Source of the DNA: the human T2T-CHM13v2.0 reference genome, Homo sapiens
Strand: one strand, 5' to 3'
Length of the DNA: 64,000 nt
Assembly (NCBI RefSeq): GCF_009914755.1
Contig: NC_060937.1
Under the pieces are notes generated by a model. The model made no database searches. It was not told the origin of the DNA and worked only from the letters and a program-made list of their open reading frames with translations. Made by a program: the position numbers and the translations under genes. Shown here one piece after another: positions 1 through 14,570 of this stretch. Each line of letters starts with the position of its first letter. Position 1 is the stretch's first letter.

Positions 1-268
1 CTGCTCTATCAATAGAAAGGTTCAACTCTTTTAGTTGAGTACACACATCACAAACAAGTTTCTGAGAATGCTTCTGTCTGGCTTTTATTGGAAGACGTTT
101 CCTTTTCACCAAAGGCATCAAAGCGCTCCAAATGTCCACTTCCAGATTCTTCCAAAAGAGTGTTTGAAACGTGCTCAAAGTAAGGGAATGTTCAACTCTG
201 TGACTTGAATGCAGATATCACCAAGTAGTTTCTAATAGTGCTTCTGTCTAGATTTTAGATGATGATAT

Positions 269-285
269 TCCCGTTTCCAACGAAA
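269..285 (-). other. CENP-B box (tcccgtttccaacgaaa type; once per 7-block and once per 4-block)
   Basis: The reverse complement TTTCGTTGGAAACGGGA matches the consensus YTTCGTTGGAARCGGGA. Confidence 0.95.
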
Positions 286-439
286 TCGTTAGAGCTATCC
301 AAATATCCACTTACAGTTGCTACAAAAACAGTGTTTCCAAACTGCTGCATCAAAAGAAAGGTTCAACTCTGTTAGTTGAGGACACACGTCACAAAGAAGT
401 TTGTGAGAATGCTTCTGTCTAGATTTTGTATGACGATAT

Positions 440-456
440 TCCCTTTTCCAACGATA
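440..456 (-). other. Degenerate CENP-B-box-like site (non-binding by consensus), once per 7-block
   Basis: tcccttttccaacgata sits at the box position of the monomer after the 269 box. It lacks the G of CCCG and the last A of CGAA. Confidence 0.75.
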
Positions 457-777
457 TCGTTAAAGCAATCTAAATATCCATTTGCAGAATCCACAAAAAT
501 AGAGTTTCAAAGCTGCTCTGTAAAAAGAAAGGTTCCACTCTGTTAGCTGAGTACACACATCACAAACTTGTTTCTCAGAATCCTTCTGTCTCGTTTTTCT
601 GGGAAGATATTTACTTTTTCACCATAGGCATCAAAGCGCTCCAAATGTCCACATCCAGATACTCCAGAAAGAGTGTTTCAAACCTGCTCTATGAAAGGGA
701 ATCTTCAACTCTATGAGTTGAATGCAGACATCAGAAAGAAATTTCTGAGAATGCTGCTGTCTACCTTTTATTTGAAT

Positions 778-794
778 TCCCGCTTCCAACGAAA
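778..794 (-). other. CENP-B box (tcccgcttccaacgaaa type, overlapping an EcoRI site)
   Basis: The reverse complement TTTCGTTGGAAGCGGGA matches the consensus. It recurs in every block. Confidence 0.95.
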
Positions 795-1117
795 TCCTCC
801 AAGCTATCCAAATATCCACTTGCAGATTCCACAAAAAGAGTGTTTCAAAACTGCTCTCTATCAATGGCAAAGTTCAACTCTGTTAGTTGAGGACACATAT
901 CACCAACAAGTTTCTGAGAATGCTTCTGTCTATTTTTTATGGGAAGATATTTCCTTTTTCACCGTAGGCGTCAAGGCGATCGAAATGTCCACTTCCACAA
1001 ACTACAAAAAGAGTGTTTCAAACCTGCTCTATGAAAGGCCATGTTCATCTCTATGAGTCGAATGGAAATATCCGAAAGAAATTTCTGGGAATGCTGCTGT
1101 CTAGTTTTTATACGAAT

Positions 1118-1134
1118 TCCCGCTTCCAACGAAA
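1118..1134 (-). other. CENP-B box (second tcccgcttccaacgaaa of the 7-block)
   Basis: Full consensus match, 340 bp after the box at 778. Confidence 0.95.
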
Positions 1135-1820
1135 TCCTCAAAGCAATCCAAATATCCACTTGCAGAATCCACAAAAAGAGTGTTTCAAAACTGCTCTATC
1201 AATAGAAAGGTTCAACTCTTTTAGTTGAGTACACACATCACAAACAAGTTTCTGAGAATGCTTCTGTCTGGCTTTTATTGGAAGACGTTTCCTTTTCACC
1301 AAAGGCATCAAAGCGCTCCAAATGTCCACTTCCAGATTCTTCCAAAAGAGTGTTTGAAACGTGCTCAAAGTAAGGGAATGTTCAACTCTGTGACTTGAAT
1401 GCAGATATCACCAAGTAGTTTCTAATAGTGCTTCTGTCTAGATTTTAGATGATGATATTCCCGTTTCCAACGAAATCGTTAGAGCTATCCAAATATCCAC
1501 TTACAGTTGCTACAAAAACAGTGTTTCCAAACTGCTGCATCAAAAGAAAGGTTCAACTCTGTTAGTTGAGGACACACGTCACAAAGAAGTTTGTGAGAAT
1601 GCTTCTGTCTAGATTTTGTATGACGATATTCCCTTTTCCAACGATATCGTTAAAGCAATCTAAATATCCATTTGCAGAATCCACAAAAATAGAGTTTCAA
1701 AGCTGCTCTGTAAAAAGAAAGGTTCCACTCTGTTAGCTGAGTACACACATCACAAACTTGTTTCTGAGAATCCTTCTGTCTCGTTTTTATGGGAAGATAT
1801 TTACTTTTTCACTGTAGGCA

Positions 1821-3690
1821 TCAAAGCGCTCCAAATGTCCACATCCAGATACTCCAGAAAGAGTGTTTCAAACCTGCTCTATGAAAGGGAATCTTCAACT
1901 CTATGAGTTGAATGCAGACATCAGAAAGAAATTTCTGAGAATGCTGCTGTCTACCTTTTATTTGAATTCCCGCTTCCAACGAAATCCTCCAAGCTATCCA
2001 AATATCCACTTGCAGATTCCACAAAAAGAGTGTTTCAAAACTGCTCTCTATCAATGGCAAAGTTCAACTCTGTTAGTTGAGGACACATATCACCAACAAG
2101 TTTCTGAGAATGCTTCTGTCTATTTTTTATGGGAAGATATTTCCTTTTTCACCGTAGGCGTCAAGGCGATCGAAATGTCCACTTCCACAAACTACAAAAA
2201 GAGTGTTTCAAACCTGCTCTATGAAAGGCCATGTTCATCTCTATGAGTCGAATGGAAATATCCGAAAGAAATTTCTGGGAATGCTGCTGTCTAGTTTTTA
2301 TACGAATTCCCGCTTCCAACGAAATCCTCAAAGCAATCCAAATATCCACTTGCAGAATCCACAAAAAGAGTGTTTCAAAACTGCTCTATCAATAGAAAGG
2401 TTCAACTCTTTTATTTGAGTACACACATCACAAACAAGTTTCTGAGAATGCTTCTGTCTGGCTTTTATTGGAAGACGTTTCCTTTTCACCAAAGGCATCA
2501 AAGCGCTCCAAATGTCCACTTCCAGATTCTTCCAAAAGAGTGTTTGAAACGTGCTCAAAGTAAGGGAATGTTCAACTCTGTGACTTGAATGCAGATATCA
2601 CCAAGTAGTTTCTAATAGTGCTTCTGTCTAGATTTTAGATGATGATATTCCCGTTTCCAACGAAATCGTTAGAGCTATCCAAATATCCACTTACAGTTTC
2701 TACAAAAAGAGTGTTTCCAAACTGCTGCATCAAAAGAAAGGTTCAACTCTGTTAGTTGAGGACACACGTCACAAAGAAGTTTGTGAGAATGCTTCTGTCT
2801 AGATTTTGTATGACCATATTCCCTTTTCCAGCGATATCATTAAAGCAATCTAAATATCCATTTGCAGAATCCACAAAAATAGAGTTTCAAAGCTGCTCTG
2901 TAAAAAGAAAGGTTCCACTCTGTTAGCTGAGTACACACATCACAAACTTGTTTCTCAGAATCCTTCTGTCTCGTTTTTCTGGGAAGATATTTACTTTTTC
3001 ACCGTAGGCATCAAAGCGCTCCAAATGTCCACATCCAGATACTCCAGAAAGAGTGTTTCAAACCTGCTCTATGAAAGGGAATCTTCAACTCTATGAGTTG
3101 AATGCAGACATCAGAAAGAAATTTCTGAGAATGCTGCTGTCTACCTTTTATTTGAATTCCCGCTTCCAACGAAATCCTCCAAGCTATCCAAATATCCACC
3201 TGCATTTTCCACAAAAAGAGCGTTTCAAAACTGCTCTATCAATAGAAATGTTCAACTCCTTTGGCTGGGTACACACATCACAAACAAGTTTCTGAGAATG
3301 CTTCTGTCTAGTTTTTATGGGAAGACATTCCCTTTTTCACCAAAGGCATCAAAGCGCTCCAAATGTCCACTTCCAGACACTACAAAAAGAGTGTTTCCAA
3401 CGTGCTCTAAGAAAGCGAATGTTCAACTCTGTGACTTGAATGCAGATATCACAAAGTAGTTTCTGAGAGGGCTTCTGTCTAGATTTTAGATGATGATATT
3501 CCCGTTTCCAACGAAATCATTAGAGCTATCCAAATATCCACTTACAGTCTCTACAAAAAGAGTGTTTCCAAACTGCTGCATCAAAAGAGAGGTTCCACTC
3601 TGTTAGCTGAGTACACACATCACAAACTTGTTTCTCAGAATCCTTCTGTCTCGTTTTTCTGGGAAGATATTTACTTTTTCACCGTAGGCA
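1821..3690 (-). repeat. Representative 11-monomer HOR (1870 bp = 1190 + 680; 5 CENP-B boxes)
   Basis: A 7-block (1821-3010) is followed by a 4-block (3011-3690) with its own markers (ccacctgcattttcc, ctcctttggctggg, gtgctctaagaaagcg, ctgagagggc). Confidence 0.95.
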
Positions 3691-6600
3691 TCAAAGCGCT
3701 CCAAATGTCCACATCCAGATACTCCAGAAAGAGTGTTTCAAACCTGCTCTATGAAAGGGAATCTTCAACTCTATGAGTTGAATGCAGACATCAGAAAGAA
3801 ATTTCTGAGAATGCTGCTGTCTACCTTTTATTTGAATTCCCGCTTCCAACGAAATCCTCCAAGCTATCCAAATATCCACTTGCAGATTCCACAAAAAGAG
3901 TGTTTCAAAACTGCTCTCTATCAATGGCAAAGTTCAACTCTGTTAGTTGAGGACACATATCACCAACAAGTTTCTGAGAATGCTTCTGTCTATTTTTTAT
4001 GGGAAGATATTTCCTTTTTCACCGTAGGCGTCAAGGCGATCGAAATGTCCACTTCCACAAACTACAAAAAGAGTGTTTCAAACCTGCTCTATGAAAGGCC
4101 ATGTTCATCTCTATGAGTCGAATGGAAATATCCGAAAGAAATTTCTGGGAATGCTGCTGTCTAGTTTTTATACGAATTCCCGCTTCCAACGAAATCCTCA
4201 AAGCAATCCAAATATCCACTTGCAGAATCCACAAAAAGAGTGTTTCAAAACTGCTCTATCAATAGAAAGGTTCAACTCTTTTAGTTGAGTACACACATCA
4301 CAAACAAGTTTCTGAGAATGCTTCTGTCTGGCTTTTATTGGAAGACGTTTCCTTTTCACCAAAGGCATCAAAGCGCTCCAAATGTCCACTTCCAGATTCT
4401 TCCAAAAGAGTGTTTGAAACGTGCTCAAAGTAAGGGAATGTTCAACTCTGTGACTTGAATGCAGATATCACCAAGTAGTTTCTAATAGTGCTTCTGTCTA
4501 GATTTTAGATGATGATATTCCCGTTTCCAACGAAATCGTTAGAGCTATCCAAATATCCACTTACAGTTGCTACAAAAACAGTGTTTCCAAACTGCTGCAT
4601 CAAAAGAAAGGTTCAACTCTGTTAGTTGAGGACACACGTCACAAAGAAGTTTGTGAGAATGCTTCTGTCTAGATTTTGTATGACGATATTCCCTTTTCCA
4701 ACGATATCATTAAAGCAATCTAAATATCCATTTGCAGAATCCACAAAAATAGAGTTTCAAAGCTGCTCTGTAAAAAGAAAGGTTCCACTCTGTTAGCTGA
4801 GTACACACATCACAAACTTGTTTCTCAGAATCCTTCTGTCTCGTTTTTATGGGAAGATATTTACTTTTTCACCGTAGGCATCAAAGCGCTCCAAATGTCC
4901 ACATCCAGATACTCCAGAAAGAGTGTTTCAAACCTGCTCTATGAAAGGGAATCTTCAACTCTATGAGTTGAATGCAGACATCAGAAAGAAATTTCTGAGA
5001 ATGCTGCTGTCTACCTTTTATTTGAATTCCCGCTTCCAACGAAATCCTCCAAGCTATCCAAATATCCACTTGCAGATTCCACAAAAAGAGTGTTTCAAAA
5101 CTGCTCTCTATCAATGGCAAAGTTCAACTCTGTTAGTTGAGGACACATATCACCAACAAGTTTCTGAGAATGCTTCTGTCTATTTTTTATGGGAAGATAT
5201 TTCCTTTTTCACCGTAGGCGTCAAGGCGATCGAAATGTCCACTTCCACAAACTACAAAAAGAGTGTTTCAAACCTGCTCTATGAAAGGCCATGTTCATCT
5301 CTATGAGTCGAATGGAAATATCCGAAAGAAATTTCTGGGAATGCTGCTGTCTAGTTTTTATACGAATTCCCGCTTCCAACGAAATCCTCAAAGCAATCCA
5401 AATATCCACTTGCAGAATCCACAAAAAGAGTGTTTCAAAACTGCTCTATCAATAGAAAGGTTCAACTCTTTTAGTTGAGTACACACATCACAAACAAGTT
5501 TCTGAGAATGCTTCTGTCTGGCTTTTATTGGAAGACGTTTCCTTTTCACCAAAGGCATCAAAGCGCTCCAAATGTCCACTTCCAGATTCTTCCAAAAGAG
5601 TGTTTGAAACGTGCTCAAAGTAAGGGAATGTTCAACTCTGTGACTTGAATGCAGATATCACCAAGTAGTTTCTAATAGTGCTTCTGTCTAGATTTTAGAT
5701 GATGATATTCCCGTTTCCAACGAAATCGTTAGAGCTATCCAAATATCCACTTACAGTTTCTACAAAAAGAGTGTTTCCAAACTGCTGCATCAAAAGAAAG
5801 GTTCAACTCTGTTAGTTGAGGACACACATCACAAAGAAGTTTGTGAGAATGCTTCTGTCTAGATTTTGTATGACCATATTCCCTTTTCCAGCGATATCAT
5901 TAAAGCAATCTAAATATCCATTTGCAGAATCCACAAAAATAGAGTTTCAAAGCTGCTCTGTAAAAAGAAAGGTTCCACTCTGTTAGCTGAGTACACACAT
6001 CACAAACTTGTTTCTCAGAATCCTTCTGTCTCGTTTTTATGGGAAGATATTTACTTTTTCACCGTAGGCATCAAAGCGCTCCAAATGTCCACATCCAGAT
6101 ACTCCAGAAAGAGTGTTTCAAACCTGCTCTATGAAAGGGAATCTTCAACTCTATGAGTTGAATGCAGACATCAGAAAGAAATTTCTGAGAATGCTGCTGT
6201 CTACCTTTTATTTGAATTCCCGCTTCCAACGAAATCCTCCAAGCTATCCAAATATCCACCTGCATTTTCCACAAAAAGAGCGTTTCAAAACTGCTCTATC
6301 AATAGAAATGTTCAACTCCTTTGGCTGGGTACACACATCACAAACAAGTTTCTGAGAATGCTTCTGTCTAGTTTTTATGGGAAGACATTCCCTTTTTCAC
6401 CAAAGGCATCAAAGCGCTCCAAATGTCCACTTCCAGACACTACAAAAAGAGTGTTTCCAACGTGCTCTAAGAAAGCGAATGTTCAACTCTGTGACTTGAA
6501 TGCAGATATCACAAAGTAGTTTCTGAGAGGGCTTCTGTCTAGATTTTAGATGATGATATTCCCGTTTCCAACGAAATCATTAGAGCTATCCAAATATCCA

Positions 6601-9600
6601 CTTACAGTTTCTACAAAAAGAGTGTTTCCAAACTGCTGCATCAAAAGAGAGGTTCCACTCTGTTAGCTGAGTACACACATCACAAACTTGTTTCTCAGAA
6701 TCCTTCTGTCTCGTTTTTCTGGGAAGATATTTACTTTTTCACCGTAGGCATCAAAGCGCTCCAAATGTCCACATCCAGATACTCCAGAAAGAGTGTTTCA
6801 AACCTGCTCTATGAAAGGGAATCTTCAACTCTATGAGTTGAATGCAGACATCAGAAAGAAATTTCTGAGAATGCTGCTGTCTACCTTTTATTTGAATTCC
6901 CGCTTCCAACGAAATCCTCCAAGCTATCCAAATATCCACTTGCAGATTCCACAAAAAGAGTGTTTCAAAACTGCTCTCTATCAATGGCAAAGTTCAACTC
7001 TGTTAGTTGAGGACACATATCACCAACAAGTTTCTGAGAATGCTTCTGTCTATTTTTTATGGGAAGATATTTCCTTTTTCACCGTAGGCGTCAAGGCGAT
7101 CGAAATGTCCACTTCCACAAACTACAAAAAGAGTGTTTCAAACCTGCTCTATGAAAGGCCATGTTCATCTCTATGAGTCGAATGGAAATATCCGAAAGAA
7201 ATTTCTGGGAATGCTGCTGTCTAGTTTTTATACGAATTCCCGCTTCCAACGAAATCCTCAAAGCAATCCAAATATCCACTTGCAGAATCCACAAAAAGAG
7301 TGTTTCAAAACTGCTCTATCAATAGAAAGGTTCAACTCTTTTAGTTGAGTACACACATCACAAACAAGTTTCTGAGAATGCTTCTGTCTGGCTTTTATTG
7401 GAAGACGTTTCCTTTTCACCAAAGGCATCAAAGCGCTCCAAATGTCCACTTCCAGATTCTTCCAAAAGAGTGTTTGAAACGTGCTCAAAGTAAGGGAATG
7501 TTCAACTCTGTGACTTGAATGCAGATATCACCAAGTAGTTTCTAATAGTGCTTCTGTCTAGATTTTAGATGATGATATTCCCGTTTCCAACGAAATCGTT
7601 AGAGCTATCCAAATATCCACTTACAGTTGCTACAAAAACAGTGTTTCCAAACTGCTGCATCAAAAGAAAGGTTCAACTCTGTTAGTTGAGGACACACGTC
7701 ACAAAGAAGTTTGTGAGAATGCTTCTGTCTAGATTTTGTATGACGATATTCCCTTTTCCAACGATATCATTAAAGCAATCTAAATATCCATTTGCAGAAT
7801 CCACAAAAATAGAGTTTCAAAGCTGCTCTGTAAAAAGAAAGGTTCCACTCTGTTAGCTGAGTACACACATCACAAACTTGTTTCTCAGAATCCTTCTGTC
7901 TCGTTTTTATGGGAAGATATTTACTTTTTCACCGTAGGCATCAAAGCGCTCCAAATGTCCACATCCAGATACTCCAGAAAGAGTGTTTCAAACCTGCTCT
8001 ATGAAAGGGAATCTTCAACTCTATGAGTTGAATGCAGACATCAGAAAGAAATTTCTGAGAATGCTGCTGTCTACCTTTTATTTGAATTCCCGCTTCCAAC
8101 GAAATCCTCCAAGCTATCCAAATATCCACTTGCAGATTCCACAAAAAGAGTGTTTCAAAACTGCTCTCTATTAATGGCAAAGTTCAACTCTGTTAGTTGA
8201 GGACACATATCACCAACAAGTTTCTGAGAATGCTTCTGTCTATTTTTTATGGGAAGATATTTCCTTTTTCACCGTAGGTGTCAAGGCGATCGAAATGTCC
8301 ACTTCCACAAACTACAAAAAGAGTGTTTCAAACCTGCTCTATGAAAGGCCATGTTCATCTCTATGAGTCGAATGGAAATATCCGAAAGAAATTTCTGGGA
8401 ATGCTGCTGTCTAGTTTTTATACGAATTCCCGCTTCCAACGAAATCCTCAAAGCAATCCAAATATCCACTTGCAGAATCCACAAAAAGAGTGTTTCAAAA
8501 CTGCTCTATCAATAGAAAGGTTCAACTCTTTTAGTTGAGTACACACATCACAAACAAGTTTCTGAGAATGCTTCTGTCTGGCTTTTATTGGAAGACGTTT
8601 CCTTTTCACCAAAGGCATCAAAGCGCTCCAAATGTCCACTTCCAGATTCTTCCAAAAGAGTGTTTGAAACGTGCTCAAAGTAAGGGAATGTTCAACTCTG
8701 TGACTTGAATGCAGATATCACCAAGTAGTTTCTAATAGTGCTTCTGTCTAGATTTTAGATGATGATATTCCCGTTTCCAACGAAATCGTTAGAGCTATCC
8801 AAATATCCACTTACAGTTGCTACAAAAACAGTGTTTCCAAACTGCTGCATCAAAAGAAAGGTTCAACTCTGTTAGTTGAGGACACACGTCACAAAGAAGT
8901 TTGTGAGAATGCTTCTGTCTAGATTTTGTATGACGATATTCCCTTTTCCAACGATATCATTAAAGCAATCTAAATATCCATTTGCAGAATCCACAAAAAT
9001 AGAGTTTCAAAGCTGCTCTGTAAAAAGAAAGGTTCCACTCTGTTAGCTGAGTACACACATCACAAACTTGTTTCTCAGAATCCTTCTGTCTCGTTTTTAT
9101 GGGAAGATATTTACTTTTTCACCGTAGGCATCAAAGCGCTCCAAATGTCCACATCCAGATACTCCAGAAAGAGTGTTTCAAACCTGCTCTATGAAAGGGA
9201 ATCTTCAACTCTATGAGTTGAATGCAGACATCAGAAAGAAATTTCTGAGAATGCTGCTGTCTACCTTTTATTTGAATTCCCGCTTCCAACGAAATCCTCC
9301 AAGCTATCCAAATATCCACTTGCAGATTCCACAAAAAGAGTGTTTCAAAACTGCTCTCTATCAATGGCAAAGTTCAACTCTGTTAGTTGAGGACACATAT
9401 CACCAACAAGTTTCTGAGAATGCTTCTGTCTATTTTTTATGGGAAGATATTTCCTTTTTCACCGTAGGCGTCAAGGCGATCGAAATGTCCACTTCCACAA
9501 ACTACAAAAAGAGTGTTTCAAACCTGCTCTATGAAAGGCCATGTTCATCTCTATGAGTCGAATGGAAATATCCGAAAGAAATTTCTGGGAATGCTGCTGT

Positions 9601-12600
9601 CTAGTTTTTATACGAATTCCCGCTTCCAACGAAATCCTCAAAGCAATCCAAATATCCACTTGCAGAATCCACAAAAAGAGTGTTTCAAAACTGCTCTATC
9701 AATAGAAAGGTTCAACTCTTTTAGTTGAGTACACACATCACAAACAAGTTTCTGAGAATGCTTCTGTCTGGCTTTTATTGGAAGACGTTTCCTTTTCACC
9801 AAAGGCATCAAAGCGCTCCAAATGTCCACTTCCAGATTCTTCCAAAAGAGTGTTTGAAACGTGCTCAAAGTAAGGGAATGTTCAACTCTGTGACTTGAAT
9901 GCAGATATCACCAAGTAGTTTCTAATAGTGCTTCTGTCTAGATTTTAGATGATGATATTCCCGTTTCCAACGAAATCGTTAGAGCTATCCAAATATCCAC
10001 TTACAGTTGCTACAAAAACAGTGTTTCCAAACTGCTGCATCAAAAGAAAGGTTCAACTCTGTTAGTTGAGGACACACGTCACAAAGAAGTTTGTGAGAAT
10101 GCTTCTGTCTAGATTTTGTATGACGATATTCCCTTTTCCAATGATATCATTAAAGCAATCTAAATATCCATTTGCAGAATCCACAAAAATAGAGTTTCAA
10201 AGCTGCTCTGTAAAAAGAAAGGTTCCACTCTGTTAGCTGAGTACACACATCACAAACTTGTTTCTCAGAATCCTTCTGTCTCGTTTTTCTGGGAAGATAT
10301 TTACTTTTTCACCGTAGGCATCAAAGCGCTCCAAATGTCCACATCCAGATACTCCAGAAAGAGTGTTTCAAACCTGCTCTATGAAAGGGAATCTTCAACT
10401 CTATGAGTTGAATGCAGACATCAGAAAGAAATTTCTGAGAATGCTGCTGTCTACCTTTTATTTGAATTCCCGCTTCCAACGAAATCCTCCAAGCTATCCA
10501 AATATCCACTTGCAGATTCCACAAAAAGAGTGTTTCAAAACTGCTCTCTATCAATGGCAAAGTTCAACTCTGTTAGTTGAGGACACATATCACCAACAAG
10601 TTTCTGAGAATGCTTCTGTCTATTTTTTATGGGAAGATATTTCCTTTTTCACCGTAGGCGTCAAGGCGATCGAAATGTCCACTTCCACAAACTACAAAAA
10701 GAGTGTTTCAAACCTGCTCTATGAAAGGCCATGTTCATCTCTATGAGTCGAATGGAAATATCCGAAAGAAATTTCTGGGAATGCTGCTGTCTAGTTTTTA
10801 TACGAATTCCCGCTTCCAACGAAATCCTCAAAGCAATCCAAATATCCACTTGCAGAATCCACAAAAAGAGTGTTTCAAAACTGCTCTATCAATAGAAAGG
10901 TTCAACTCTTTTAGTTGAGTACACACATCACAAACAAGTTTCTGAGAATGCTTCTGTCTGGCTTTTATTGGAAGACGTTTCCTTTTCACCAAAGGCATCA
11001 AAGCGCTCCAAATGTCCACTTCCAGATTCTTCCAAAAGAGTGTTTGAAACGTGCTCAAAGTAAGGGAATGTTCAACTCTGTGACTTGAATGCAGATATCA
11101 CCAAGTAGTTTCTAATAGTGCTTCTGTCTAGATTTTAGATGATGATATTCCCGTTTCCAACGAAATCGTTAGAGCTATCCAAATATCCACTTACAGTTTC
11201 TACAAAAAGAGTGTTTCCAAACTGCTGCATCAAAAGAAAGGTTCAACTCTGTTAGTTGAGGACACACATCACAAAGAAGTTTGTGAGAATGCTTCTGTCT
11301 ATATTTTGTATGACCATATTCCCTTTTCCAGCGATATCATTAAAGCAATCTAAATATCCATTTGCAGAATCCACAAAAATAGAGTTTCAAAGCTGCTCTG
11401 TAAAAAGAAAGGTTCCACTCTGTTAGCTGAGTACACACATCACAAACTTGTTTCTCAGAATCCTTCTGTCTCGTTTTTATGGGAAGATATTTACTTTTTC
11501 ACCGTAGGCATCAAAGCGCTCCAAATGTCCACATCCAGATACTCCAGAAAGAGTGTTTCAAACCTGCTCTATGAAAGGGAATCTTCAACTCTATGAGTTG
11601 AATGCAGACATCAGAAAGAAATTTCTGAGAATGCTGCTGTCTACCTTTTATTTGAATTCCCGCTTCCAACGAAATCCTCCAAGCTATCCAAATATCCACC
11701 TGCATTTTCCACAAAAAGAGCGTTTCAAAACTGCTCTATCAATAGAAATGTTCAACTCCTTTGGCTGGGTACACACATCACAAACAAGTTTCTGAGAATG
11801 CTTCTGTCTAGTTTTTATGGGAAGACATTCCCTTTTTCACCAAAGGCATCAAAGCGCTCCAAATGTCCACTTCCAGACACTACAAAAAGAGTGTTTCCAA
11901 CGTGCTCTAAGAAAGCGAATGTTCAACTCTGTGACTTGAATGCAGATATCACAAAGTAGTTTCTGAGAGGGCTTCTGTCTAGATTTTAGATGATGATATT
12001 CCCGTTTCCAACGAAATCATTAGAGCTATCCAAATATCCACTTACAGTTTCTACAAAAAGAGTGTTTCCAAACTGCTGCATCAAAAGAGAGGTTCCACTC
12101 TGTTAGCTGAGTACACACATCACAAACTTGTTTCTCAGAATCCTTCTGTCTCGTTTTTATGGGAAGATATTTACTTTTTCACCGTAGGCATCAAAGCGCT
12201 CCAAATGTCCACATCCAGATACTCCAGAAAGAGTGTTTCAAACCTGCTCTATGAAAGGGAATCTTCAACTCTATGAGTTGAATGCAGACATCAGAAAGAA
12301 ATTTCTGAGAATGCTGCTGTCTACCTTTTATTTGAATTCCCGCTTCCAACGAAATCCTCCAAGCTATCCAAATATCCACTTGCAGATTCCACAAAAAGAG
12401 TGTTTCAAAACTGCTCTCTATCAATGGCAAAGTTCAACTCTGTTAGTTGAGGACACATATCACCAACAAGTTTCTGAGAATGCTTCTGTCTATTTTTTAT
12501 GGGAAGATATTTCCTTTTTCACCGTAGGCGTCAAGGCGATCGAAATGTCCACTTCCACAAACTACAAAAAGAGTGTTTCAAACCTGCTCTATGAAAGGCC

Positions 12601-14570
12601 ATGTTCATGTCTATGAGTCGAATGGAAATATCCGAAAGAAATTTCTGGGAATGCTGCTGTCTAGTTTTTATACGAATTCCCGCTTCCAACGAAATCCTCA
12701 AAGCAATCCAAATATCCACTTGCAGAATCCACAAAAAGAGTGTTTCAAAACTGCTCTATCAATAGAAAGGTTCAACTCTTTTAGTTGAGTACACACATCA
12801 CAAACAAGTTTCTGAGAATGCTTCTGTCTGGCTTTTATTGGAAGACGTTTCCTTTTCACCAAAGGCATCAAAGCGCTCCAAATGTCCACTTCCAGATTCT
12901 TCCAAAAGAGTGTTTGAAACGTGCTCAAAGTAAGGGAATGTTCAACTCTGTGACTTGAATGCAGATATCACCAAGTAGTTTCTAATAGTGCTTCTGTCTA
13001 GATTTTAGATGATGATATTCCCGTTTCCAACGAAATCGTTAGAGCTATCCAAATATCCACTTACAGTTGCTACAAAAACAGTGTTTCCAAACTGCTGCAT
13101 CAAAAGAAAGGTTCAACTCTGTTAGTTGAGGACACACGTCACAAAGAAGTTTGTGAGAATGCTTCTGTCTAGATTTTGTATGACGATATTCCCTTTTCCA
13201 ACGATATCATTAAAGCAATCTAAATATCCATTTGCAGAATCCACAAAAATAGAGTTTCAAAGCTGCTCTGTAAAAAGAAAGGTTCCACTCTGTTAGCTGA
13301 GTACACACATCACAAACTTGTTTCTCAGAATCCTTCTGTCTCGTTTTTATGGGAAGATATTTACTTTTTCACCGTAGGCATCAAAGCGCTCCAAATGTCC
13401 ACATCCAGATACTCCAGAAAGAGTGTTTCAAACCTGCTCTATGAAAGGGAATCTTCAACTCTATGAGTTGAATGCAGACATCAGAAAGAAATTTCTGAGA
13501 ATGCTGCTGTCTACCTTTTATTTGAATTCCCGCTTCCAACGAAATCCTCCAAGCTATCCAAATATCCACTTGCAGATTCCACAAAAAGAGTGTTTCAAAA
13601 CTGCTCTCTATCAATGGCAAAGTTCAACTCTGTTAGTTGAGGACACATATCACCAACAAGTTTCTGAGAATGCTTCTGTCTATTTTTTATGGGAAGATAT
13701 TTCCTTTTTCACCGTAGGCGTCAAGGCGATCGAAATGTCCACTTCCACAAACTACAAAAAGAGTGTTTCAAACCTGCTCTATGAAAGGCCATGTTCATCT
13801 CTATGAGTCGAATGGAAATATCCGAAAGAAATTTCTGGGAATGCTGCTGTCTAGTTTTTATACGAATTCCCGCTTCCAACGAAATCCTCAAAGCAATCCA
13901 AATATCCACTTGCAGAATCCACAAAAAGAGTGTTTCAAAACTGCTCTATCAATAGAAAGGTTCAACTCTTTTAGTTGAGTACACACATCACAAACAAGTT
14001 TCTGAGAATGCTTCTGTCTGGCTTTTATTGGAAGACGTTTCCTTTTCACCAAAGGCATCAAAGCGCTCCAAATGTCCACTTCCAGATTCTTCCAAAAGAG
14101 TGTTTGAAACGTGCTCAAAGTAAGGGAATGTTCAACTCTGTGACTTGAATGCAGATATCACCAAGTAGTTTCTAATAGTGCTTCTGTCTAGATTTTAGAT
14201 GATGATATTCCCGTTTCCAACGAAATCGTTAGAGCTATCCAAATATCCACTTACAGTTTCTACAAAAAGAGTGTTTCCAAACTGCTGCATCAAAAGAAAG
14301 GTTCAACTCTGTTAGTTGAGGACACACATCACAAAGAAGTTTGTGAGAATGCTTCTGTCTATATTTTGTATGACCATATTCCCTTTTCCAGCGATATCAT
14401 TAAAGCAATCTAAATATCCATTTGCAGAATCCACAAAAATAGAGTTTCAAAGCTGCTCTGTAAAAAGAAAGGTTCCACTCTGTTAGCTGAGTACACACAT
14501 CACAAACTTGTTTCTCAGAATCCTTCTGTCTCGTTTTTCTGGGAAGATATTTACTTTTTCACCGTAGGCA

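Larger units (their letters stand above)
631..1820 (-). repeat. Representative 7-monomer HOR (1190 bp, 3 CENP-B boxes)
   Basis: The sequence at 631 repeats at 1821. Boxes start at 778, 1118 and 1459. Confidence 0.95.

Noticed and set aside
451-460. Short palindromes such as acgatatcgt and cgatcg
   Set aside because: They are too short and are polymorphic among copies, so they give no support for a functional hairpin or cruciform.
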